From NCBI GenBank assembly GCA_965368975.1, contig CBDUPA010000001.1:416001-480000 (forward strand): 64,000 nucleotides of DNA, read 5' to 3'. A model generated the notes under the pieces. It was not told the DNA's origin and did no database searches. It saw only the letters and a program-made list of their open reading frames with translations. Source of the stretch: an uncultured bacterium. Its GTDB lineage: Bacteria > Acidobacteriota > Thermoanaerobaculia > Multivoradales > JAHZIX01. Both the position numbers and the translations under genes were made by a program. Below are positions 44,733-52,911 of this stretch, piece after piece (position 1 is the stretch's first letter; each line of letters opens with the position of its first letter).

Positions 44733-44978
44733 ATGAAGAAAGATCGGCGTAAGCTGAAGCTGCATCGCGAGACGCTACGGTATCTGAACCGCGGGGATCT
44801 GCCGGGAGTCGTCGGCGCTGCCATCCTGCCGTCGGATCCGCAGGTGTGTACCTACCCGTCTTGCATCGACGGTTGTCTCAGCACTCCGAGACCCTGTGGC
44901 GAGTCGCTGATGGTGGAGCAGTGCCAGAGCTATCTGTGCGATACACAGCCGGAGTTCTGCACGCAGACCATTCCCTGA
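44733..44978 (+). CDS. RiPP (lanthipeptide-type) precursor-like peptide, 81 aa
   Basis: GAGGAGGAG RBS; leader MKKDRRKLKLHRETLRYL...VVGA; core with 7 Cys and many Ser/Thr. Confidence 0.75.
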   Translation: MKKDRRKLKLHRETLRYLNRGDLPGVVGAAILPSDPQVCTYPSCIDGCLSTPRPCGESLMVEQCQSYLCDTQPEFCTQTIP

Positions 44979-45188
44979 GCGAGCCTCTCCTTGAGGTGCT
45001 GCGTGAAGCGCAGGCGTCCAGGCTGATCGGGATGCACCAGGTGGTCTTGGTTTGCCAGGGCGAAAGGGAGCTTCCAGTCGACATGATCTCCTGCAATAGC
45101 ATCGGAGAATGCTCGGGGGGGGCTCTTTTTAATTTGCGTCTGTACTATGCCACAAGAGAGTCCTGCAGTGGCCCGTGACCGCGGCAGA

Positions 45189-45554
45189 TCACTTGGGTAG
45201 AGCCAGCCACAAGACCAGAAAGGCGAAGGCTGCCAGCACGACGACGATCGCCAGCCCTATCCAGGCTCGGCCAATGCGTGGCATCTCCCACGCACCACCG
45301 CGCAGTTGCTGCCGGTTCATTTCGAGAGGGGCCATCTCGACGGCCAGGAACTTGCCCAGTCGCCGGGCTTCGCCGCAGTTCTCGCACTGCTGCGCGTGCT
45401 TGTTCAGGCGCAGTGTGGTCAGCGGGTCGAGCTCGCCACGCGCCGCGGCCCAGAGGTCCGTCGCGGGTGGGCACGGTTCGCTGTCTGCAGTGTGCTGAGA
45501 GCTCTTGGGGTTCATCGACGTCAAGCTTAGCGGATCTGGCGTTGTGAAACTCAC
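45189..45554 (-). CDS. Short zf-HC2-like membrane protein, possibly an anti-sigma remnant
   Basis: HAQQCENC (HxxxCxxC) plus C-terminal TM helix; start uncertain. Confidence 0.45.
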   Translation of the reverse strand: MSFTTPDPLSLTSMNPKSSQHTADSEPCPPATDLWAAARGELDPLTTLRLNKHAQQCENCGEARRLGKFLAVEMAPLEMNRQQLRGGAWEMPRIGRAWIGLAIVVVLAAFAFLVLWLALPK

Positions 45555-45941
45555 CGGCCCCTTCGAGCCTGGCTCATCCCGGATCGCCGACCAGCACGAA
45601 CGACGCTCAGTGGAACAGGTGCTCAGGCCGGGAAGACCTTCGCCGGCGGCCGAGAATCCTCCTTCGGTCCCGTTTCGTAAGCTCTGCGAGGTACCCGAAA
45701 CTACAACTTTCTACGCCGCGCCGTCTTCGTGCCTGAACCTTGGCCCTTCTGGCCGTTGCTCTCGCCGCCTACCCTGGGGCGGGCCCGGACGGAAGCTTCG
45801 GCAGGGCGGACGACGCAATGTCGACTTCGGCGCCGATAGCTACGCCTATCCTGAGCGCTTCGCCGCAGCATCCACCCGCCAGGCAACGTCGAAGGGTAGT
45901 GCAGGTGGCGAATTCCTCGCTGCCGAACTCTGGAGGCCAAG

Positions 45942-46127
45942 ATGTTCAAGTGGTTTCGCCGCGACCCAGTCCAGACGCTCAGGAAGTCGTACGAAAAGAA
46001 GTTGGAGCAGGCGCTTGCTGCACAGCGGGGTGGTGACATGCCGCGCTTTGCTGAACTGACCGCGGAGGCGGATCAGATCGCTGCCGAGATCGAGTACCTC
46101 GAACGGTCCCTGGCGGGTGCAGCATGA
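45942..46127 (+). CDS. Small helical protein, DUF6435-like
   Basis: MFKWFRRDP..LRKSYEKKLEQAL.AQR.GD pattern; GGAGG RBS; ATGA overlap with the SDR gene. Confidence 0.75.
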   Translation: MFKWFRRDPVQTLRKSYEKKLEQALAAQRGGDMPRFAELTAEADQIAAEIEYLERSLAGAA

Positions 46128-46879
46128 ACGATGCACACGCGTATCTGGTCGTTGGCGCTACCGGAGGTATCGGTAGCGCTCTGTGCCAGCGTCTGGCCAC
46201 GACCGGTGCGCGGTTGATGCTGGTCGCACGCGGCGAAGAGCGCTTGCAGGAACTCGCGGCGCAGTTGCGGGAGGCTGGTTCTCCGGACGTGCAGCTGCAT
46301 GCCCTGGATGCGCGCCAGCCGCAGGCGGTCGAGTCTTGCGTCAAGGCGATGATCGACCACTTCGGCCAGCTCGACGGTGCCGCTCACCTCGTCGGTTCCA
46401 TCCTACTCAAGCCCGCGCACCTCACCTCCGACGAAGAGTGGGCCGAGACGCTGGACGTCAATCTGACCTCGGCCTTCTACGTGCTGCGACATGCCGCCAA
46501 AGCCATGCTGCGCACCGGTGGCTCGATTGTCCTGGTCTCGACGTCCGCCGCTCGCGTCGGCTTGCCCAACCACGAAGCGATCGCTGCCGCCAAGGCTGGC
46601 TTGCAGGGCCTCACCCGCTCAGCTGCCGCCAGCTATGCAGCGCGCGGCATTCGCGTCAACTGCGTGGCCCCCGGTCTTGTCGATACCCCACTGGCATCGC
46701 GCATCACCGGCAACGAGCGCGCGCTCGAAGCGTCGCGCGCCATGCATCCGCTGGGTCGAATCGGGCAGGCGGAGGACGTGGCGTCTTCGATCGCTTACTT
46801 GCTTGGGCCGGAGTCGAGTTGGGTGACAGGGCAGGTACTTGGCGTCGATGGCGGATTGGCGGATCTGAAGCAGCGCTGA
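46124..46879 (+). CDS. SDR family oxidoreductase
   Basis: VGATGGIG, VNL, IAAAK in place of YxxxK, RVNCVAPG, VTGQ..VDGG. Confidence 0.93.
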   Translation: MNDAHAYLVVGATGGIGSALCQRLATTGARLMLVARGEERLQELAAQLREAGSPDVQLHALDARQPQAVESCVKAMIDHFGQLDGAAHLVGSILLKPAHLTSDEEWAETLDVNLTSAFYVLRHAAKAMLRTGGSIVLVSTSAARVGLPNHEAIAAAKAGLQGLTRSAAASYAARGIRVNCVAPGLVDTPLASRITGNERALEASRAMHPLGRIGQAEDVASSIAYLLGPESSWVTGQVLGVDGGLADLKQR

Positions 46880-46942
46880 CGACCAGGTTCGTAGCGGTGA
46901 AGAGAGGAGCCATGAGTTCTAGTTTCTGGGGCACTCGCAGTC

Positions 46943-49099
46943 TCAGCTATCAGATTCATTTTCCTGGGGAGTAACGGCAGGGAACCTGTCGATCAGGGCT
47001 TGATATGCTTCTGCTGACTTCCTGCTAGTCCGAACATGCTCCAGCGTCGGGTCGCTATTGAGGCTGCGAGCTACCTCTTCTGACAGGCTCAAGGCCCTAC
47101 CGAGATGCTCCAGAGCTTGGCCTAGGAGGTATTGCTCCATTTGACATGCCTCATCACGTGAGCACTTCTCAGCGACGAGAGAGTAGGAGCAGGCGAAACT
47201 GTACTGAACGTAGGCGGATGAACTTGCCGCCGGGAGCGCACTGAGGAGCTTGTGGGCTTCCTCCAGAGTTCCCGGACTGTTCAACAAGAGCAGTGTGCTG
47301 TGGACGAGCCGCGCGCTAGGCTCGATATGCCGCAGGTAAGTCACGAGGTTGCGCTGCGTCAGAAGCCTTGGGTTACCAGCAGACTCAAGGGCTGATCTTG
47401 CAGCGTCGAGTTCGGCGTTGAGGGCCTTTGCAGTGCGCAGTGCCTGTATCAGTTCTTCAGTTTCATGCTGCAGAACTACCAACAGGTAGAGAGCCGTCAG
47501 GTAGGTGGGGTCGTGTACTGTTGCGAAGATAGGTCGAGAGGCTCCGGTTCCGTCAGTCCGTTCTTGGTTCACGGTGACCTCTTGAACTACGGACTGCAGC
47601 AGGCCGATGGCAAAGGTGCGCAGATCTATGGAGGAACTCGTCGACCTTTGCTGCTGCACTAGATTTGAAGCTAAGTTGACTTTCGCCATGCGGAAGTCAG
47701 GATCTCGGTCCAGGGCCTGCAGGAATAGCTTGCGCTTGTGCTTAGGGTCGGACGCGTGCAGAGCGGCTCGGCACAAGGCATAGCTTCGCCAGTCCTGGGT
47801 TCCCAGCAACTCCAGCTGCTGTCCGCTGACGAAGTGGCAGAGCTCGAACAGTAGCCAGATGGAAGCGTACTCAGCTAGGCGAAAGGCGACTTCACCGTTG
47901 GGCTGAGCGACGAGCTTTCCGCACCGAAAGTCCTGCTGCCAAAGCGTCTGGCTGGTCAAGATCTTCTTGGCCCGGAGCAGCTGCAGGGTGATACCTACAC
48001 CCCGCGTTTCCGACGTGTGGGCTTGTATCGACAGGTGTAGGAGCCGTCTTGGGCGCACGTGCTTCAGGAGTGCTCCGATAGCCTTCAACCAAGCAGCACT
48101 GCCCGGCACGACGGTCTCGATCTCTGTTGGAATGGCCGTAGGTTCGACGGGACCCGTGACCTGCTGGACGTTGGATCCGCCAGTTCCGCGACTTAAGTGC
48201 AGCAGGTGATCCCTGAGCATCGTCGAGAAGCTTTGACCTGTGCTACTCAGTGCGTCCCCTTCGGGGTCTTCGATCTTCAGCAATGGACTGCGCAGTTGCC
48301 GTACGCAAAGAAGTAGGAAGAGCGCGATGAGCAGAGGGACCTCGGGAGCGGTTGAGAGCCAGGAGTCCAGCCAACGGCGGGCTGCACGCCACCAAGGGCC
48401 GGGCCCTCCTGATAGATACTCCAGGTTTGGAGGTACTTCGGCCCAGGGGTAGAGTCCTACGGCTGCCTTGAGTTCTGTCAGAGCGGCTGAGTGGAGACCA
48501 AGCTCGGCCAGTTCGAGGGCCTTGGCGAAGATGGCATCACGAAGCGCGTCTTGAGCCCGGCGGACGGCTTCTGGTCCTTCGTTCTTGGCGGGTGTGCCTG
48601 GCCCCGGCTTCGCCTCAGGTAGCGGCTCCTGTTGCTCGGTATTCGCAGTGGTGGCGGAGATGGTGGCTGGTGAATGTGTTGCCTGGTCGAGGAACCAAGC
48701 CTGTGCGCTCGTACCGGTACTGAGCTCGTGTGCCAGTCGAAACCACTCCTTGGCCTTGTCGATCTCCGCCAGGTACGCGAACGACTCTGCGCGGCTTAGG
48801 GCGGTGACAATCACCTCGGGTAATTTCGTGCAGGTCTTCTGCGGGTCAGCCTTGAGAGCCGCTTCGTAGGAACTCGAGAATCTGGCAAGAGAGTCTTGGA
48901 CTACTGCGGTTTGCCAAGTATCGCAGGCTGAGCTGTCCTCGCTGGCTTCCTGGCCCCATGCCGGTGTCTGAGACAGTGTGAAGAGGAGAAGAGCTATGAG
49001 CCATCTACTCACCTTCGCTGGTCGAAGATGGTCCCCTCTCGCGGAAAGATGATGTGCAGAGAGGTGGGAATTCGATATCGAGGTCGTTTCGCTGTGCAT
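46943..49099 (-). CDS. Hypothetical membrane protein with TPR-like repeats and C-terminal TPR-end-type motif
   Basis: Long ORF; signal-like segment, internal TM, YSFACSYSL...ALEHL..AL...DPTL; visibly less GC-biased codons. Confidence 0.65.
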   Translation of the reverse strand: MHSETTSISNSHLSAHHLSARGDHLRPAKVSRWLIALLLFTLSQTPAWGQEASEDSSACDTWQTAVVQDSLARFSSSYEAALKADPQKTCTKLPEVIVTALSRAESFAYLAEIDKAKEWFRLAHELSTGTSAQAWFLDQATHSPATISATTANTEQQEPLPEAKPGPGTPAKNEGPEAVRRAQDALRDAIFAKALELAELGLHSAALTELKAAVGLYPWAEVPPNLEYLSGGPGPWWRAARRWLDSWLSTAPEVPLLIALFLLLCVRQLRSPLLKIEDPEGDALSSTGQSFSTMLRDHLLHLSRGTGGSNVQQVTGPVEPTAIPTEIETVVPGSAAWLKAIGALLKHVRPRRLLHLSIQAHTSETRGVGITLQLLRAKKILTSQTLWQQDFRCGKLVAQPNGEVAFRLAEYASIWLLFELCHFVSGQQLELLGTQDWRSYALCRAALHASDPKHKRKLFLQALDRDPDFRMAKVNLASNLVQQQRSTSSSIDLRTFAIGLLQSVVQEVTVNQERTDGTGASRPIFATVHDPTYLTALYLLVVLQHETEELIQALRTAKALNAELDAARSALESAGNPRLLTQRNLVTYLRHIEPSARLVHSTLLLLNSPGTLEEAHKLLSALPAASSSAYVQYSFACSYSLVAEKCSRDEACQMEQYLLGQALEHLGRALSLSEEVARSLNSDPTLEHVRTSRKSAEAYQALIDRFPAVTPQENESDS

Positions 49100-49218
49100 C
49101 TCAGCAGTCCCTTCGGCTTGATTCCAAGAACAGGAGACTGCAGTGGCGCTCGAGCCTCCCTGGGATACGTGACCATCTAGATGGACTTGAATCCGGGATT
49201 CCCAGCCGGCTGAGAAGA

Positions 49219-49255
49219 CAAGAACTCCGCCGGATCTGATCCGGCGGAGTTCTTG
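49219..49255. terminator. Perfect 18-bp inverted repeat, likely terminator of the haloperoxidase gene
   Basis: caagaactccgccggatc-t-gatccggcggagttcttg, 25 nt downstream of the 49281 stop; T-rich continuation on the minus strand. Confidence 0.75.
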
Positions 49256-49280
49256 GAAGGCGAAAAACCTCGTGTAGCGG

Positions 49281-51545
49281 CTACGGACAGGTCGCGAACG
49301 CCCGTGCGTCCGTGATCGCCGCCGCGGACGTACCCAGCGGGTTGAAGTACGTCATCTTCTCGCCGGTTTCCGTATCTGTGACCTCGATCACGTACTCGAC
49401 GTTCGTGGTCGCGCCAGCGAAGACCCAGTAGTGACCATTGTTGCCGCAGCCGTTGATGACTTTGACCAGCATCTCCCAGTTGGTCGACTGGAAGAACCAG
49501 AAGAGTCCCGAGTCACTGGTGCCTTCGGCGGCTACCTTGCCTTCGCCGATACGGTTGCCGAAGTCGCGCCAAGTGATCTTGACGCGGAAGCGGTCGTTGT
49601 TCAGGCACATCGTCGTGGCATCGGGCGTGCACAGCTCGGCTTCCGCCGGCGGTGCGCCGCCGAGCTCACCGCTGAAGTAGCGGTTGGCATGCTCGAACGC
49701 TTCGGGCCCGATCACTGCGCCCATCAGGCGGCCGGGGATGTCGTCGGCCGTCGGGTGGATGCCGCCGTAGATGCGCGAGATGCTGGTTTCGTCGGAGGCA
49801 TCCCGGTAGGTCGCCCACTGCAGCGTCACATCGACGCTCGGGCCTTCCTCGAACACCAGGAACTCGTTCTGCGGCGCCAGAAACTCACCTACACCACCCG
49901 GGAAGTAGGCGTCGCCGGTGAACAGGGTCATGACCTCGGCGGCAGCGCGCGAGTAGGTCGAGTGACCGGAGACGTAGCCGGCGAAGGGCGGCGTGACGAA
50001 GCTCGGGCGCTGGTAGGGCCACCAGTTCTCCGCCAGGATCCAATCGACGCCGGCGGTGTCGGTCTCGGGGTCGACGATGAAATCTGGGCCGCGCCAAGCG
50101 TAGATGGCGATCTTGCCGACGTTGCTGTTGGCGAAGCCGGCCAGGTGCTCGTGACGTTCTCCCGGCTGGACGCTCTGCTCGGTCACCAGCTCGATGACTC
50201 CGGGCTTGAGGGTGATGCCGTGCGGATCGTAGGAGGGAAGGCCGGGGTCAGAACTCTGGCCCTTGCCGGCCATGTAGCGGATGGCCGAGATGGGACGGAT
50301 GTAGTCGTACCAGCCCTTGGCGCCCCAAGCCGCGATCGCCACGTCGTGCATGGTGCCACCGAGCGTCAGGTACAGCTTGACGTCCCACTCCAGATCCGGC
50401 AACACCGGGCCGACACCTCCCAACTGCTTGACCACCTGCGGGTGATCCGAAACGTAGTTGGCGATGGTGAACCAGTGGCCGGGTGGAGTCTCGGAGTCCG
50501 GGCCGTCGGCCCAGAACTCGGCCAGCACGCGGTAGTAGTCACCGGCGGGGACAATCTGTGGCGTGTACGGTTGGCCGGTCGCCGGGTTGACGTCGTGGCC
50601 GTCGCCGTTGTTGGTGCCCAGATCGCTGTCACCGCGCGACGCTGGGCTGATGTCGATCATCACACCATCGGCGGGGTCGAGAAAGCCGCTCCACTCGACG
50701 ACTTGCTCGAAGCCAGTCTTGTACAGGGCGTCATCCTCGGTGCCGATGTACGGTGGTGGGCCTGGATCGTGGTAGACCCAGTATTCGAAGCCGTCGCGCT
50801 CGTAGATGGTGAGATCGTCCGAGCCGAGGGAGAAGGGGGTGACCTGGCCCCATTCCGGGCTCAGGAACTCCGGTGAGCCACCGGGGATGATGTTGCCACC
50901 CTGGTCGACGAAGAACTCGAGCGCTAGCGGCTGCCAGCGGTTGGGGTTGACGATGTCGCCGACGCCCGGCACTGCCGGTACGAGCGGCGGATTGATCGGT
51001 TCGTAGTACTGGTTTGCGAACTCCCCCCGCTCATTGGCGCCGTCGGAGAGGCCGAAGACGATGTAGGTCAGAGCGATGCGGTTGCCCAGCGCGGCCGCGG
51101 TGTTGCCCTGCGTCGAGGTGAACGACTTGTCGTACCCCAGCGCTGCCATGCGCGCGTCGAACGACGCCAGGGCCGTATCGTTTCCCGGCGAGCTGGCGAA
51201 GCGCCAGCGCAGCAGACGGTAGGCCGCGAAACTGATCGCTTCGTCCCGGTCCGCCGGGATGTTGGCCGAGGTCGCCTTCTCGTGGTGGAGGAACGTGCCG
51301 GCAGTCGCATCGTAGGCGGCCCAGGCGTCGTACATGGCGGCCGAGACGTGGAAGAGGTTGCGCGCGTGCGTCGTTGGTCGAGCCAGGTCGGTGCGGATGG
51401 CGTCGAGCAACTCGTCGTTCCACTGTCGCGCCACGGAGTGTTGAGCCTCGGCGGGCTGTGCGCCGATGGTCAGCGGTGCCAGCAGCAGCGCGAGTGCCAA
51501 CCATCCCGCGAGGCAGTTGAAGTTTTGACGGACGATTCTCTGCAT
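49281..51545 (-). CDS. Secreted vanadium-dependent haloperoxidase-like (PAP2 superfamily) protein with C-terminal accessory domain
   Basis: KGWYDYIRP, PPFAGYVSGHS, SRIYGGIH; signal peptide; AAGGAGG RBS. Confidence 0.9.
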   Translation of the reverse strand: MQRIVRQNFNCLAGWLALALLLAPLTIGAQPAEAQHSVARQWNDELLDAIRTDLARPTTHARNLFHVSAAMYDAWAAYDATAGTFLHHEKATSANIPADRDEAISFAAYRLLRWRFASSPGNDTALASFDARMAALGYDKSFTSTQGNTAAALGNRIALTYIVFGLSDGANERGEFANQYYEPINPPLVPAVPGVGDIVNPNRWQPLALEFFVDQGGNIIPGGSPEFLSPEWGQVTPFSLGSDDLTIYERDGFEYWVYHDPGPPPYIGTEDDALYKTGFEQVVEWSGFLDPADGVMIDISPASRGDSDLGTNNGDGHDVNPATGQPYTPQIVPAGDYYRVLAEFWADGPDSETPPGHWFTIANYVSDHPQVVKQLGGVGPVLPDLEWDVKLYLTLGGTMHDVAIAAWGAKGWYDYIRPISAIRYMAGKGQSSDPGLPSYDPHGITLKPGVIELVTEQSVQPGERHEHLAGFANSNVGKIAIYAWRGPDFIVDPETDTAGVDWILAENWWPYQRPSFVTPPFAGYVSGHSTYSRAAAEVMTLFTGDAYFPGGVGEFLAPQNEFLVFEEGPSVDVTLQWATYRDASDETSISRIYGGIHPTADDIPGRLMGAVIGPEAFEHANRYFSGELGGAPPAEAELCTPDATTMCLNNDRFRVKITWRDFGNRIGEGKVAAEGTSDSGLFWFFQSTNWEMLVKVINGCGNNGHYWVFAGATTNVEYVIEVTDTETGEKMTYFNPLGTSAAAITDARAFATCP

Positions 51546-51699
51546 CTCGATATCCTCCTTGGGAGACCTCGGGCTGATCCGTTTCCAGCTTAGATTCAGT
51601 TCAAGTCAACCCTGCCATTCTAGACCAACGCCTCTTGAGCCACACAGCGAGGGCAAGGGGCCCGGGCGTGGATTTGGGAAGGTGCGCTAGCATCGGCGC

Positions 51700-52866
51700 A
51701 TGTTCCTCCTCGACGACCCCTATGTCTCCGATTTCCTGCGCGATACCGCTCTCACCTCTGGCGCTCCGGTGCTCGAGACCGACATGGCTCGCCGGCTCTT
51801 CGGTACGGCGGCGTCCTGTCTGCTCGACGCTGCCGCCTTCGCCGAACAAGCCCATCGTCCTGGGGCGCGGCTGTACTCGAATTCCGAGAATGCCCTCGAG
51901 TGGGTGTTCCAGCATCTCGACGACACCGACCTGCCGCGCCACATTCGTCTCTTCAAGGACAAGGTCGCCTTCCGGCGCCTCGTCGAGCCGTTGTTTCCCG
52001 ACTACGTCTACCGCGAAGTCCTGCTCGCTGACTTGGACTCACTCGACCCGAGCACGCTGCCCAAGCCCTTCGTCATCAAGCCCGCTGTCGGCTTCTTCAG
52101 CCTCGGCGTCCACGTCGTCGAGAGCGACGAGGCCTGGCCGGTGGTCAAGGACAAGCTGCTGCGTCAGGTCGAGCGCTCCAAGGACATCTACCCTGGACAG
52201 GTCCTGGGGTTGGAGCGCTTCGTCGTCGAGCAGGGGATCGAGGGCGAGGAGTTCGCCGTCGACGCTTACTTCGACGCGGACGGGGAGCCGGTGATCGTCG
52301 GTGCTCTTGCACACATGTTCGCCGACGCGCACGACGTCAGCGACCGCGTGTACACCAGCTCTCCAGCCCTGGTTGAAAGGCTGCATGGGCCAGTGAAGGA
52401 GTTTCTGCGCCAGGTAGCTGAGCTGGCGCAGCTACGAGATTTTCCCGTCCACGTCGAGGTGCGCATCGACGATACCGGGAAACTGCTGCCGATCGAGATC
52501 AATGCCCTGCGCTTCGGCGGCTGGTGTGCCACCGACATGGCCTGGCACGCCTTTGGTGTGAATCCCTATCTCGCTTACTTGCGCGACGAGCGTCCGGACT
52601 GGGATCGGATCGCTGAAGAACGAGCGGGGCGCGAATTTGCGCTGGTGGTGGCTGATCTGAGCGTCGAGGTGGACCGCGAGCGGATCGCGTCGGTCGACTA
52701 TGAAGCTTTCGTGTCGCGGTTCCGGAAGCCGCTCGAGCTGCGCCGCGTCGACTATCGGAAGTACCCGGTGTTCGCCTTTCTCTTCGTCGAGGTGGTGGAT
52801 GGGGACTTTTCGGAGCTGCGGGCGGTGTTGGGGGAGGATCTGAGCGGGTACTTGCGGCTGGCGTGA
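51700..52866 (+). CDS. ATP-grasp domain protein
   Basis: DK..FR, PFVIKP..GFFSLGV, VEQGIEGEEFAVD, HVEVR, IEINALRFGG. Confidence 0.88.
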   Translation: MFLLDDPYVSDFLRDTALTSGAPVLETDMARRLFGTAASCLLDAAAFAEQAHRPGARLYSNSENALEWVFQHLDDTDLPRHIRLFKDKVAFRRLVEPLFPDYVYREVLLADLDSLDPSTLPKPFVIKPAVGFFSLGVHVVESDEAWPVVKDKLLRQVERSKDIYPGQVLGLERFVVEQGIEGEEFAVDAYFDADGEPVIVGALAHMFADAHDVSDRVYTSSPALVERLHGPVKEFLRQVAELAQLRDFPVHVEVRIDDTGKLLPIEINALRFGGWCATDMAWHAFGVNPYLAYLRDERPDWDRIAEERAGREFALVVADLSVEVDRERIASVDYEAFVSRFRKPLELRRVDYRKYPVFAFLFVEVVDGDFSELRAVLGEDLSGYLRLA

Positions 52867-52911
52867 CGAGCGGCCCGGACGATCATCGTGACCGTCCAGG
52901 CCGGCCTAGGA

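Noticed and set aside
44878-45140. Possible small minus-strand ORF or gene remnant downstream of the RiPP precursor
   Set aside because: Overlaps the precursor, has no recognisable motif and the frame is ambiguous
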